From Heptranchias perlo (lineage: Eukaryota): a stretch of 64,000 nt of DNA. The DNA lies in NCBI RefSeq assembly GCF_035084215.1, contig NC_090335.1:54312001-54376000 (forward strand), given 5' to 3'. Within the stretch, counting starts at the first letter, position 1; every line of letters starts with the position of its first letter. Positions 25,435 to 37,635 of this stretch are shown here, one piece after another. The position numbers were made by a program, and so were the translations under genes. Below the pieces are notes generated by a model, which was not told the DNA's origin, did no database searches, and saw only the letters and a program-made list of their open reading frames with translations.

Positions 25435-26592
25435 TGTGCTGCGTGGGTGTTTGCTCCAGGAGCAGCCATTGGAGGACTGCCCCTTTAAATAGAGCTCCTC
25501 CAGCTGCCAGCCTGTGATGTGGGTGCGCAGTCCGCCCGCTGCACAGCTTTCGGACGGCAAACCCGAAAGCCACGGTAAGTGGCTCCACTTGACTTGCGAT
25601 CGTGTGCAAAACAGACATTTTTTATTGGGGGCGTTACCTACGTGCCCAATCGCCCCTCCCCCCCCGCTACCATCCCACCTCCACGTTAATATCAGGGTCA
25701 TGATTTTAATATTAACGTGTTTTGTCACAAGAGGTTTACAATATAATTGTTTGGTTTAATGAGAACTTAGTGCATTTCCAATTAAATCATGTACATTGAG
25801 AATGCAGCATTGAGATTGTTGCCAGCAGAAGAACTGATTAGGTTATTTCTCATGTTCCAACATTAACCATTCACAATTCTGCATTTAAATCATGGGTTTG
25901 CTTAGTGGTTATAATATCAGTTAAATAATGACAGCTCTATCCTTTAACAATCCCAGTGTAACGATTCTGCGTGATTTTGCCCTACTTTTAATATCAATGC
26001 GTCTACATGGTGAGTGCACATCTCTTACTGCGCTCGAATAGCCCACTCACAGCTGAAACAAAATGGACAGGGCGCGTTGCATGTACTGGCGAGTTTTAGA
26101 CAAGTTTAATACCCGCAGAAGTGCCTGCTCCAAAAACACTGCTCACCTACCACCATGGAGATATGTTGGCACTACAGCAGACGTTAGAATGAAACTTTTT
26201 GAATTTTAATTGAAGTTTAATTAAAATTAGAAGAAAAAAATCGGAGGTAGCAGAAAATAAGATTGACAAAGTTGATACCATTGGATTTTCAGTCATTTCT
26301 TAACACATTTTTCTGCACACAAATGCCTCATGAAACACAGTTTTCTTTTCAAACGAGTACAAAAATAATTTAGCTTTCTTTGAATATAAGCAAAGCATCA
26401 AAAGAACACAGTCAAACATCCAGTGGTATACTGTACGACATTTAGGCCACCCGAAAGCTTGGCAAAAAATCCAGGCCAGGAACTTCAGTGATAGAAAAAT
26501 TCCAACCAGTAGCAGCGGGTTTTCCTCTTAGAACTTAAAGATGTAATACAGCTTGTTCTCTCAACATTATAAGAATAAATAAGCCTTCTTAC

Positions 26593-26647
26593 CTAGAGTA
26601 ACCACGAGAAGAATCCATTTGGTAAAACAGTTAATGAGTGAAGACAT
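26593..26647 (-). CDS. Gene A exon 1: signal peptide (MSSLINCFTKWILLVVTL-)
   Basis: ATG at 26647; 18 codons +1 nt, hydrophobic C-terminal half, donor G|GTAAGA. Phase 1 matches the V exon acceptor. Confidence 0.75.
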
Positions 26648-26794
26648 TTTGCCCAGCACCAGCTGAATTGACACGATCAGTTCTGGGACAGGGCTGTCAA
26701 TAGTTCTGCTGCAGTTGTTCAGTGGGTGAGGATGTGCAACAGTGCTGCTGCTAAAAAGATGAAATGGACTCTTGTGGGTTGTTTTCACATCGGT

Positions 26795-26820
26795 CTTCCT
26801 GTTTCACATGAGGTTGCGGT
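26795..26820 (-). promoter_or_regulatory. Candidate gene A promoter: ETS (ACAGGAAG), E-box (CATGTG) and RUNX (ACCGCA) cluster
   Basis: Plus strand reads cttcctgt 26795-26802, cacatg 26805-26810, tgcggt 26815-26820, about 150-170 bp upstream of the ATG. Confidence 0.4.
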
Positions 26821-27180
26821 TTTTGAGTAATAATGTTTATTTTTAAATATATATCAAAAATTAATTAATTTATTAAAAAGAAGAACTAGTTCAAAGCATG
26901 TCTGTGACAAGGCATTACATGTCTCTGTTAAGTCTGAACAAACCTCGTGTATTTTTCATTAGCTTTTCTGGGACCTCACTTCTACAACAAAAGAAATTTC
27001 CTGTCAGTGCTTCATAAATATTTAATTGGTCATGTGGATGTTAATTCTTTTATTCACTTTTCACAAATTTATAATGAAATAGTGTTAGGAAATTTCTATT
27101 GGAGAATTTCATGCATACTTTTCATTCTGATGAAAGATTCAGTTACTGGAGAAATACAGTTTGTGTTGATTGCATGTAAC

Positions 27181-27857
27181 TTTTTTTAAAATTCGTTCAT
27201 GGGATGTGGGCGTTGCTGGTGAGGCCAGCATTTATTGCCCATCCCTAATTGCCCTTGAGAAGGTGGTGGTGAGCCGCCTTCTTGAACCGCTGCAGTCCGT
27301 GTGGTGAAGGTTCTCCCACAGTGCTGTTAGGAAGGGAGTTCTAGGATTTTGACCCAGCAACGATGAAGGAACGGCGATATATTTCCAAGTCGGGATGGTG
27401 TGTGACTTGGAGGGGAACATGCAGGTGGTGTTGTTCCCATGTGCCTGCTGCTCTTGTCCTTCTAGGTAGTAGAGGTCACGGGTTTGGGAGGTGCTGTCGA
27501 AGAAGCCTTGGTGAGTTGCTGCAGTGCATCCTGTGGATGGTACACACTGCAGCTACTGTGCGCCGGTGGTGAAGGGAGTGAATGTTTAGGGTGGTGGATG
27601 GGGTGCCAATCAAGCGGGCTGCTTTGTCCTGGATGGTGTCGAGCTTGAGTGTTGTTGGAGTTGCACTCATCCAGGCAAGTGGAGAGTATTCCATCACACT
27701 CCTGACTTGTGCCTTGTAGATGGTGGAAAGGCTTTGGGGAGTCAGGAGGTGAGTCACTCGCCGCAGAATACCCAGCCTCTGACCTGCTCTTGTAACCACA
27801 GTATTTATATGGCTGATCCAGTTAAGTTTCTAGTCAATGGTGACCCCCAGGATGTTG
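27181..27857 (-). mobile_element. Poly-A LINE 3' fragment (same family as 22400-23244)
   Basis: ORF 27476..27799 near-identical to 22559..23158; same 3' tail. Confidence 0.9.
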
Positions 27858-28189
27858 AATCATCATCATGGTAAAATGTTTAATTGTGGTGTTAAAATAC
27901 TCACTTAACGGGATTTAATAAGAGTGAACACAAATGAGTGTAGATGGAGTGGTTCGGAGTTTCAGGTTCTTGTCAATCTAGTCGACTTCCCATATAATAT
28001 TTACATGAAGCGGGGTTAGAGTGTGGGGGATAATTGGATCCAGGTGTACACATAATATTCAGGACCCATTTTAAAGTCATACATTTTGTCCTTGTTTTAT
28101 ATTTCCGTGAGTTGATCGTTCATGGTGGTGTACATGGGGGTCAAGACCAAGTGTAGTATTCGGGTCATTCAGGGTTAGAGGATGGTGGA

Positions 28190-28440
28190 TAATTGGACCC
28201 GGGGGGAGGGGTCAAAGGGAAAAAGGAAAATACAAATGGGAGAAGGAGAGGTATTGGGCGGAGGTGGGGAGAAAATGGAAGAGGACAGAGAAGATGGAAA
28301 GAGGAGAAGGATGGAGGTGGTGGGGGAATGGGCAGAGGAAGGGGTGAAGGATGGAGTGGAAGATGACATATTAAGAGGAGGAGAGCAAGGAGAGGTGAGG
28401 TTGGGGGAAGTGTTAACCAGTGCACTAGAAGAGGAAATTA
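28190..28440 (+). repeat. GA-rich low-complexity tract
   Basis: Strong purine bias on the plus strand; no domain signal. Confidence 0.6.
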
Positions 28441-28987
28441 ACCCTTAAAGATTTGCGTTCTGATCGCCATAATTATGTTCATCTATATACACCAGACCTA
28501 GTGAGACCAATTTTTATCATACTTAGTTTGTTCTGTTTGAATTTCCAGGAAGTTTGGAAAAGGTTGTTGTTAGCACAATTGCCACATTTGAGAATAAATA
28601 TTAAATCAAAACACACAGGTCATCTAGCTTGAGATATATGGAAATTAATAGGAATACTGACTTAAACCTTATATGGGACCCACAAGGCTCCAAAGAGTGT
28701 AATAAGTGGTCCAAAAAGACAAGGAGGGAGAAATTGGATAAAGGTCCGCTCTGGGCGATGGTAGCACGACACCCGGACCGAACGGGCCCTCCGCAGGCAG
28801 CACGTGAAATGCTACTTACCCTGAAATCTCCGCGCTGCAAGCGCAGCCCTCGCTGCTGAGAGGCTGCACGGAGAATGAGGAAGTTGGAAATGGGGCGTGC
28901 ACAGCGCACGTCATCAGCAGCCTGCACTACTTAAAGGTGCAGGCATATTTCTAATGGCAGATACACAGCCAAGGAGGAGAAGGGAGA

Positions 28988-30840
28988 ATGGCATCGCGAG
29001 TAGCTGCACCAGCAAGAGAGCGGGCACCAAGATCCTTGGATGATGCTCTGGAGGCCCTGGTGGAAGGGGTGGACCAGAGGAGGGCAGCACTGTACCCGCA
29101 GGGTGGCCAGAGACCGTCTAGACTACAGCTGCGTAAGCACTGGCAGGCCGTGGCAAAGGAGGTGAATGCGAGGAGTATTGCACCACGCACGTGGGTGTAA
29201 TGCCGCAAGAAATGTAATGACTTGACACGAGTGGTCAAGGTGAGTGAATGCAAATGTCAAGTGGCACATCCTACCAACTGCACCAATACTCCATGCACGA
29301 CACCTCCCGTCACCCACCCACCCACCAACAAACACTGCCCATCCATACGCAATGCTGCATCTCACAGGCACATAATACCACACTTGCAGGCCACACAACC
29401 ACCACTCAAGTCACACAAACCGGCAGCTATTCTACCATGACAGGCACATCACCCACACACCTTGCAGGACACTCACTGACACACTGTCCTCTGTCTTGCA
29501 GGAGGGACCTGAGGCTGGACAGGCACGTCTGCACATCCTCACCCCCCTAGAGGAGACAGTGCTCAGGATCATTGGGCGGGCCGTCACAGCAGCCGTTACA
29601 ACGTGCCGCGCTGGAGGTCCTGGTCAAGGGGGTCTCTGCATATCTAATGCTCCTTCTCCTTTTCCATATTTCCCTTCTCCCATAATCTTTTCTGACTCAT
29701 GTGTTGCACATGATGCCAGCTCGCACCTCTTACTTGCTCCTCTCCCCACTCCACAACTCAACCTGTTGCCCTTTGTCATTGCAAATACCCAAGAACACGT
29801 GGTGGCACCCGAGGAGGAGGAGGAGGAGGAGGAGGAGGACACTGAAGCCACACCATCACTCGATCCGACACTCGCTTCCACCAGCTCAGAGACTGACACT
29901 GCGCGTCCTTTAGAGGTTAGGTTAGAGGAGGGATCTACACGTGGTGAGACACCGAGCACAAGTGCACAGGAGCTGGGGTCGGGGGAACGGATACCACAGG
30001 TGCCAGCTCACCGGAGGGCGAGGTCACTCACTAGTTCTGCAGCAAAGGAGTCAGATGAGGACGTCGATGGGCCAGGCTACAGAAGACGGCTGATGGGCAT
30101 ACACCAACAAATGCTTGGGGCACTGGAAAACCTGCCAGAAAACCTGCGCATAATGAGAAGGGGCATGGAGGAGTCCAGCTCCAACTGGGCGCAAGGCTTT
30201 GCGCAGAGCTTGGAGCCCATCCTTTCCAACATGGAACAGGTGGTCACCCCCATCAACGCACCTGTGGAACCCACCATGATGCAGTGTCTGATGACTGATT
30301 TCACAGCATCAATTGCAGCACAAACATCTGCCATCCAAGGTCTGACTGCTGCATTTGCAGCTCAGACTGCTGCCTGGAAAGCTCAGACTGCTGCTATCGT
30401 GGCTCTGGGGGCCACTGTGGAACGGGGCTTCCAGGGCGTCACAGCACTCCAGCAATCCGTTCTCCAGCTGATCACCAGGATTGCTGAGGCGCCGCCCCGG
30501 GAGAGTGGCAGTGGCACCATGGCAGTCGGACCTGCTGTCCTCTCTCAGGACAACAGCCTTCCTGTCCCCACCCCTGCCACTCCGCCAGTGCCCCTGTTGT
30601 AGCCTGTCGGCCAGCCAGGCCAGACTGCTGCAGCCCATGCTGAGATGGCACAGTCTGAAGCCGGCCTCCAGGCCCAGAGCTGCTCGAGGTCGTCCTCCAA
30701 GGCCATCTGGATGTTCCTCCATTGAAAGCCAGCAGCCTTCCACCACCCACGCTCCAGCCACTGGGGAAGCACCTCGTAGGAGCACTAGGATAGGTAAAGG
30801 CACACGAACAACAGGCACTAAGGGAATGAACAAGGGTGAA
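28988..30840 (+). pseudogene. Harbinger Myb/SANT-like protein, premature stop at 29198-29200
   Basis: RERAPRSLDDALEALVEGV...WQAVAKEVNA...RTWV*CRKKCNDLTRVVK|GTGAGT; downstream acidic/coiled region in ORF 29496..30602. Confidence 0.8.
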
Positions 30841-30871
30841 TAGTTCTGTTATGTTTGCATATTTTCATTTA

Positions 30872-31919
30872 TTAATCCTGTTCCTCCTCAGCCTCCTCCT
30901 CCTCCACCTCTGGATCAGGATCTTCTGCAGTTATTGGTGGCAAAGGCTGGTCCCTCATGATGGCGAGGTTGTGCAGCATGCAGCAGACCACCACAAATCT
31001 GCCCACCCGCTCAGGGCAGTACTGCAGGGCTCCTCCAGAACGGTCTAGGCAGCGGAAGAGTTGTTTGAGGAGACCTATGATGTGCTCCACGATGTTGCAT
31101 ATTGCAGCATGGCTCTCATTATAGGCCTGCAGTGCACGTGTGCATGGATTCCTGACCGGTGTCATGAGCCATGTCGTGAGGGGATAGCCCTTGTCGCCCA
31201 GTAGCCAGCCTTTGACTTGCCGAGTCAGATGAAAGATAGCTGGCACGTTGGACTGCCGCATGACGAAGGCGTCGTGACAACTCCCAGGGTAGCGGGCATC
31301 GACCTCCAAGATGCGATGCGTGTGGTTGCACACCAGCTGCACGTTGAGGGAGTGGAAGTCCTATCGGTTGACGAAGAGAGCCGAGTTGATGTGCAGGGCA
31401 CGCGGGGCAATATGTGCGCAGACCATGGCACCCTGCACCATGGGGAAGCCAGCAATGCGGGCGAACCCCTGTGCTCGCTCGTTCTGATTGTCTCTGTCGA
31501 GAGGAAAGGTGATCAATCTGTTCCTCATGTGGTACAGTGCATCTGTGACCTCCCTTATCCAGCAGTGCACTGCATTCTGTGAGATGTTGCACATGTTGCC
31601 AGCAGAGGCCTGGAATGCTCCTGAGCCGTAGAAATTCAACGCCATGGTTACCTTCACAGCTACAGGCAATGCTGTCCTCGCCCTGTTCTGAGGCTGCAGT
31701 TGTGGCCGCACCAGTTGACAGATCTCAGTCACAGCTTCCTTGGTGAATCTCAGACATCGGATGCAATCCTCCTCGGTCATGTTGAGCAAGAGAATTGATC
31801 CCTGAAGGCCCTCAGCGGGTAGGGCCTCCTGGGTAGTGCATCCTCGTCCTCCGTCTCCTCGCAGCTTGACCCGTTAGGCATGGCCTCTCTGCATGCTCCC
31901 AGTCATGCTCAATGCCCAT
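30872..31919 (-). pseudogene. HARBI1-like transposase with stop/frameshift
   Basis: ORFs 31361..31789 and 30872..31342: [58 protein letters not shown]. Confidence 0.9.
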
Positions 31920-32702
31920 GGTTGCCAGGAATGTTGTTCCACCAGGGTTGTAGTTTCCCGACCCGTAAGGCAATACCTGCCAAAGCACTCTCAAAAGTAG
32001 TGTAGTAACTCTGAATAAGAATAGGGAGCTTCAAAAAACGCTTCCTACTCCTCCAGCAGCCAGAAACAATAATCCAGCAACTAACCTGCAACCTCGGCAT
32101 GGCCCTTTAAATAGCACCAGTGGGGGGTCCTTCAGGCACTGTTAGAAATGTTTAGATGGTTGGGGATAAACTGTGCGTTGAGTTGAGCGTTAAGGTCCAA
32201 AATTGTGTGTATCACTTTAAATCAGCGTTGCACACTGATTGCAGCCATTTTCTCCCTACTTTACATGTTTCCAGCGTTCAGGGTCCAAGATGGCGTCTGG
32301 CGCACGTCATGCAGGAAACGTGCATGCGCATCCAAGACACCATCTTGGATGTCGGAGGGGCCGTGTAGCGCCGAAACAATGGCTGTTACATGGCCCAATT
32401 TAGCGCCCATGGAGCTTGAACATCTCTGTCCTAAATATTATTTTTCATTAAGGAACATTTGGCTACTCAATGGTAGATTGTTTACCGGCTGTGGCTTTGA
32501 CTGCCTTCAGTAAACATCCTTCCGCCTCGCAGTACATGAGCGCAACCTCGCTCACAACCCAGACTTGTTGTCCTTTTAAGAAACAAATATAAGTGGGCCA
32601 GCTTAAAGGTCACAGACTAGTCTGGCTTTATCTTGTGTCAATTTGTATAATGCTGGTCAACCCACAGCAACTGTCCTCAGAATTAATCAGTATTTTTAGG
32701 AT

Positions 32703-33738
32703 AATGAGAAGTGTAGAGGAAGAGAGGGACCTTGGAGTGCATGTCCACAGATCCCTGAAGGTAGCAGGACAGGGAGGTAAGGTGGTTAAGAAGACATACA
32801 GGATACTTTCCTTTATTAGCCAATTGTAAACAATTTTACAACACCAAGTTATAGTCCAGCAATTTTATTTTAAATTCACAAGCTTGTGAATTTAAAATAA
32901 AATTGCTGGACTATAACTTGGTGTTGTAAAATTGTTTACAATTGTCAACCCCAGTCCATCACCGGCATCTCCACATCTATATTAGCCAAGGCATAGAATA
33001 TAAGAGCAGGGAGGTTATGCTAGAACTAGATAAAACACTAGTTAGGCCACAGGTAGAGTACTGCGTACAGTTGTGGTCACCACATTACAGGAAAGAAAGA
33101 TGTGATTGCACCAGAGAGGGTACAGAGGAGATTTATGAGATGTTGCCAGGGCTGGACAATTTTAGCTTTGAGAAAAGGTTGGATAGACTGGGGTTGTTTT
33201 CTTTGGAATAAAGGAGGCTGAGGGGAGATTTAATTGAGTTGTATAAATTTATGAGGGGCCTAGATAGAGTGGATAGGAAGGACCTATTTCCCTTAGCAGA
33301 GGGGTCAGTGACCAGGGGGCATGGATTTAAAGTAATTGGTAGAAGGATTAGAGTGGAGCTGAGGAAAAATGTTTTCACCCAGAGGGTGGTGGGGTCTGGA
33401 ACTCACTGCCTGAAGGGGTGGTAGAGGCAGATCATGTTTTTTTTATTTGTATGATAAAATCTGTTTACTATCAGATTGTAAGATTTTTAGGTTCTGCCCT
33501 CAAACTTATTGCACAATGGAAAATGCCTCAATTTATTTACAAGGAAAACTAATCGATCGTTTAACTCATTTAAAAAGTACTTGGATGTGCACTTGAAGTG
33601 CCGTAACCTACAGGGCTACAGACCAAGTGCTGGAAAGTGGGATTAAGCTGGACAGCTCTTTTTCGGTCGGCACGTTCACAACGGGCCGAATGGCCCCCTT
33701 CTGTGCTGTAACTTTCTATGATTCTATAATTCTATGAT
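32703..33738 (+). mobile_element. CR1 3' fragment carrying two secondary insertions
   Basis: ERDLGVHVHRSLK, TLVRPQVEYCVQLWSPHY, TRGHGFK motifs; (TTCTATGA)n tail; interrupted at 32821-32979 and 33429-33559. Confidence 0.88.
32821..32979. mobile_element. Penelope-like family 1 insertion forming a 124-bp perfect palindrome plus tail
   Basis: 32821-32944 is self-complementary around AAGCTT. TSD TATTAGCCAA at 32814-32823 and 32980-32989. Confidence 0.85.
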
Positions 33739-35393
33739 TTTTATAACCATCAAATGTTTTGCACTCATTAAAAATTAGGGATGACAGTATTCAGGAATTT
33801 ATTTCCTTTATTGCACCCAGCAGTAGCACAAAGCTCCATCAGGACAGGTATACCATAGGATGTAAGCAGGTGAGAGCTCCCTTAGGGTTTCTAAAAAATA
33901 TTCCTCTAAATGTACACGGTGCCATTTCCTAGTGTCAGCAATGTTACTAGCTTCCTGCGTTCAAGGAAGTTGGAAGGTGAGCAACTATTATCTGTGACAA
34001 ATGTAGGTGTTTCGTTGTCTTATGCATCTGATTCCAGGCAGCCTAGTTTGGAGGGTCAGGGGGCATCTTCCAGCCATCCATCCCATTCTATCTCCATCTC
34101 ACATTCTGGGGACTGGGATAGGTTTTAATGGTGAAGTTTAGATGAGTTACATTTCATGTTCCTTTGTGTTCCACAAAACACTTGCCCCATGTTTTAATGA
34201 AATGATAAACACACTGATAAGAGTGTGAAGCCCAGGCACTTCATGACAGGCATAGCTTGAAAATATGTTTACATATGTAATTGTGTAAGGAGTTAATTGC
34301 TTGCTAGATCATGTTTTTTTTATTTGTATGATAAAATCTGCTTACTATCAGATTGTAAGATTTTTAGGTTCTGCCCTCAAACTTATTGCACAACGGAAAA
34401 TGCCTCAATTTATTTACAAGGAAAACTAATCGATCGAGAAATAAATAAAACTAATGTATCACAGATACACAGATTCATACTGATAAGATGCTTTCTTTCT
34501 CCCTCTCTTACTTGAGTTTGAATCGATTCAGCTGCTTAACTATGTCTGCTTTTCTTTCAGGTATTTTGATTTATCACTCTTTCTACTAAACATGTAATTT
34601 GTTGAACAGTTAGCTGTAAATAACTACAGATACAAGTCAAATTTATACCACTGGAAACACTCATTATGGTTTTGTTATTCATAGCTTTAGATGTAACCAT
34701 ACATAAATCACTTTCTAACATAATCATCCCAGCATTTGGGCTTCAGGATACACCCATGTTGGGAATATCTTGCATTATCTAATCTTCCTAGATCTAGGCT
34801 TGAAGCCTTAGGTATTTTGACATCTGCATCACAGTTGCTGGAGTCCTGTTTCCATGGTCTGGTGTTGCACTGTGAAAACTCTCATTTGTGGGACATCTGC
34901 TTTCCTGATTGAGTTTCACCTATTGCTAGCATTGACATAAGTATCTGTACAGGCATACTTTAACCCTAGCTGATCAGATTAAATGTGTGAAGAATGTCTG
35001 GTTGCTATGATACGATGCTCCATAATCAGTTCTGATGTAATATGACCTTGATGTATCCTTTTCAATAATAATGGCAGATTTCCACAACCCATTTATCTGA
35101 ACGCTTAATGTGTCACTTCCTTTGAAAAATCCTAGTAGTGATTCTGCAACATTGTTGGTTCTTTTTGTTTTACTAGTCCTGGAGATTTCTGGGGTTTTCT
35201 GACAGGCTGTGCATGACTGTACAACCTCCTGGCTTTTAGATCATGCCTGGCCAGTAGACTAAATGAGTACTTTTCCAACTTCACATTCCCTCACCTGCCA
35301 GAAGCACATATCATAAATTTGGTTTTCTGACCATTAAATGGTTCGAAGATTGTAAGCAGCATGGAGCAAAGTCAGAAAATTACTCCTAAGATA

Positions 35394-36453
35394 TTTTTTT
35401 TTTATTCGTTCATGGGATGTGGGCGTCGCTGGCGAGGCCAGCATTTATTGCCCATCCCTAATTGCCCTCGAGAAGGTGGTGGTGAGCCGCCTTCTTGAAC
35501 CGCTGCAGTCCGTGTGGTGACGGTTCTCCCACAGTGCTGTTAGCAAGGGAGTTCCAGGATTTTGACCCAGCGACTATGAAGGAACGGCGATATATTTCCA
35601 AGTCGGGATGGTGTGTGACTTGGAGGGGAACGTGCAGGTGGTGTTGTTCCCATGCACCTGCTGCTCTTGTCCTTCTAGGTGGTAGAGGTCGCGGGTTTGG
35701 GAGGTGCTGTCGAAGAAGCCTTGGCGAGTTGCTGCAGTGCATCCTGTGGATGGTGCACACTGCAGCCACAGTGCGCCGGTGGTGAAGGGAGTGAATGTTT
35801 AGGGTGGTGGATGGGGTGCCAATCAAGCGGGCTGCTTTATCTTGGATGGTGTCGAGCTTCTTGAGTGTTGTTGGAGCTGCACTCATCCAGGCAAGTGGAG
35901 AGTATTCCATCACACTCCTGACTTGTGCCTTGTAGATGGTGGAAAGGCTTTGGGGAGTCAGGAGGTGAGTCACTCGCCGCAGAATACCCAGCCTCTGACC
36001 TGCTCTCGTAGCCACAGTATTTATATGGCTGGTCCAGTTCAGTTTCTGGTCAATGGTGACCCCCAGGATGTTGATGGTGGGGGATTCGGCGATGGTAATG
36101 CCGTTGAATGTCAAGGGGAGGTGGTTAGACTCTCTCTTGTTGGAGATGGTCATTGCCTGGCACTTATCTGGCGCGAATGTTACTTGCCACTTATGAGCCC
36201 AAGCCTGGATGTTGTCCAGGTCTTGCTGCATGCGGGCTCGGACTGCTTCATTATCTGAGGGGTTGCGAATGGAACTGAACACTGTGCAATCATCAGCGAA
36301 CATCCCCATTTCTGACCTTATGATGGAGGGAAGGTCATTGATGAAGCAGCTGAAGATGGTTGGGCCTAGGACACTGCCCTGAGGAACTCCTGCAGCAATG
36401 CCCTGGGGCTGAGATGATCGGCCTCCAACAACCACTACCATCTTCCTTTGTGC
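35394..36453 (-). mobile_element. Poly-A CR1/L2-group LINE, 5'-truncated, open RT C-terminal ORF (35458..36459)
   Basis: [10 protein letters not shown]...FADD motifs, 333 uninterrupted codons, poly-A tail. Confidence 0.93.
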
Positions 36454-37325
36454 TAACATTTCATCTCTAACATTTCATCTGCATAGTGTATTGCGTCCTA
36501 AATCAAACCTCTTCAAGTCATCATCGAGGGAGTAATGTAATCTGTATACTCAGATGCAAGGGTACTTCCTGCACCTTTGGTGTAGTCTTATCCTATGTTA
36601 CATCGAGTTACATCGTAGCTACAGCACAGAAACAAGCTATTCAGCTTAACTGGTCTAAACCAGCGTTTATGCTCCACAAGAACCTCCTCTCTCCCTGCTT
36701 CATCTAACTCTATCAGGATATCCTTCTATTCCTTTTTCCCTCATGTGCTTATCTAGCTTCCCCTTAAATGCATCTATGTTATTTGCCTCAACTACTCCTT
36801 GTGGTAGCACATCCCACATTCTTACCACTCTTTGGGTAAAGACGTTTCTCCTGAATTCCCTTTTGGATTTATTAGTGACTATTTTATATTTATGACCTCT
36901 AGTTTTGGATTCCCCCACAAGTGAAAACATTTTTGCTATGTCTACCCTACCAAACCTTATTATCTTAAAGACCTCTATCGGGTCAACCCTCACCCCTCTT
37001 GTTTCTAGAGAAAGGAGCACCAGCCTTTTCTGATAAGGGTATCCTCTCAGTTCTGGTATGATCCTTGTGAATATTTTTTGCACCCTCTCCAATGCCTCTA
37101 TATCCTTTCTATAATATGGAGACCAGAACTGTTCACAGTACTCCAAGTGTGGTCTAACCAAGGTTCTATACAAGTTTAACATGACTTCTCTGCTTTTCAA
37201 TTCTATCCCTCTAGAAATGAACTCTAGTGCTTGATTTGCCCTTTTTATGGCCTTATGAACCTGCATCGCCATATCTGTACCCTTAGAACCCTTTGCTTCT
37301 CTATCCCATTTAGTCTCTTATTATC

Positions 37326-37635
37326 CAATTGTAAACAATTTTACAACACCAAGTTATAGTCCAGCAATTTTATTTTAAATTCACAAGCTTTCGGAGGCTT
37401 CCTCCTTCGTCAGGTGAACGATGTGAAAATAAGGGTACCTCTCAGTTCTGGTATGATCCTTGTGAAAGCTTGTGAATTTAAAATAAAATTGATACCCTCA
37501 TTTTCACATCGTTCACCTGACGAAGGAGGAAGCCTCCGAAAGCTTGTGAATTTAAAATAAAATTGCTGGACTATAACTTGGTGTTGTAAAATTGTTTACA
37601 ATTGTCAACCCCAGTCCATCACCGGCATCTCCACA
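37326..37635. mobile_element. Penelope-like family 1 inverted insertion with two hammerhead motifs and a captured spacer
   Basis: Arms 37326-37437 and 37493-37604. 13-bp TSD TCTTATTATCCAA at 37316-37328 and 37636-37648. Confidence 0.85.
37511..37551 (+). ncRNA. Minimal type I hammerhead ribozyme motif (mirror copy on - at 37379-37419)
   Basis: GUUCAC-CUGACGA-A-GGAGG-AAG-CCUCC-GAAA-GCUU-GUGAAU. Confidence 0.75.

Larger units (their letters stand above)
20653..25699. mobile_element. Full-length-type (decayed) PIF/Harbinger transposon in gene A intron 1
   Basis: Left end GGGCTCGATTTT, degenerate right TIR, ATG on both flanks. Convergent transposase and Myb/SANT genes; homologous to copies 1 and 2 in inverted orientation. 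Confidence 0.85.
28724..32408. mobile_element. Second-family full-length-type PIF/Harbinger transposon, decayed
   Basis: Degenerate TIR GAGGGAGAAATTGG / CCAATTTAGCGCCC; convergent Myb/SANT (+) and transposase (-) genes. Confidence 0.85.

Noticed and set aside
28182-28448. Glu/Gly-rich ORF
   Set aside because: Product of a GA-rich low-complexity tract; no splice or domain support.
29496-30602. 368-aa ORF as a novel gene
   Set aside because: It is the downstream part of the Harbinger Myb/SANT gene; exon 1 has a premature stop.
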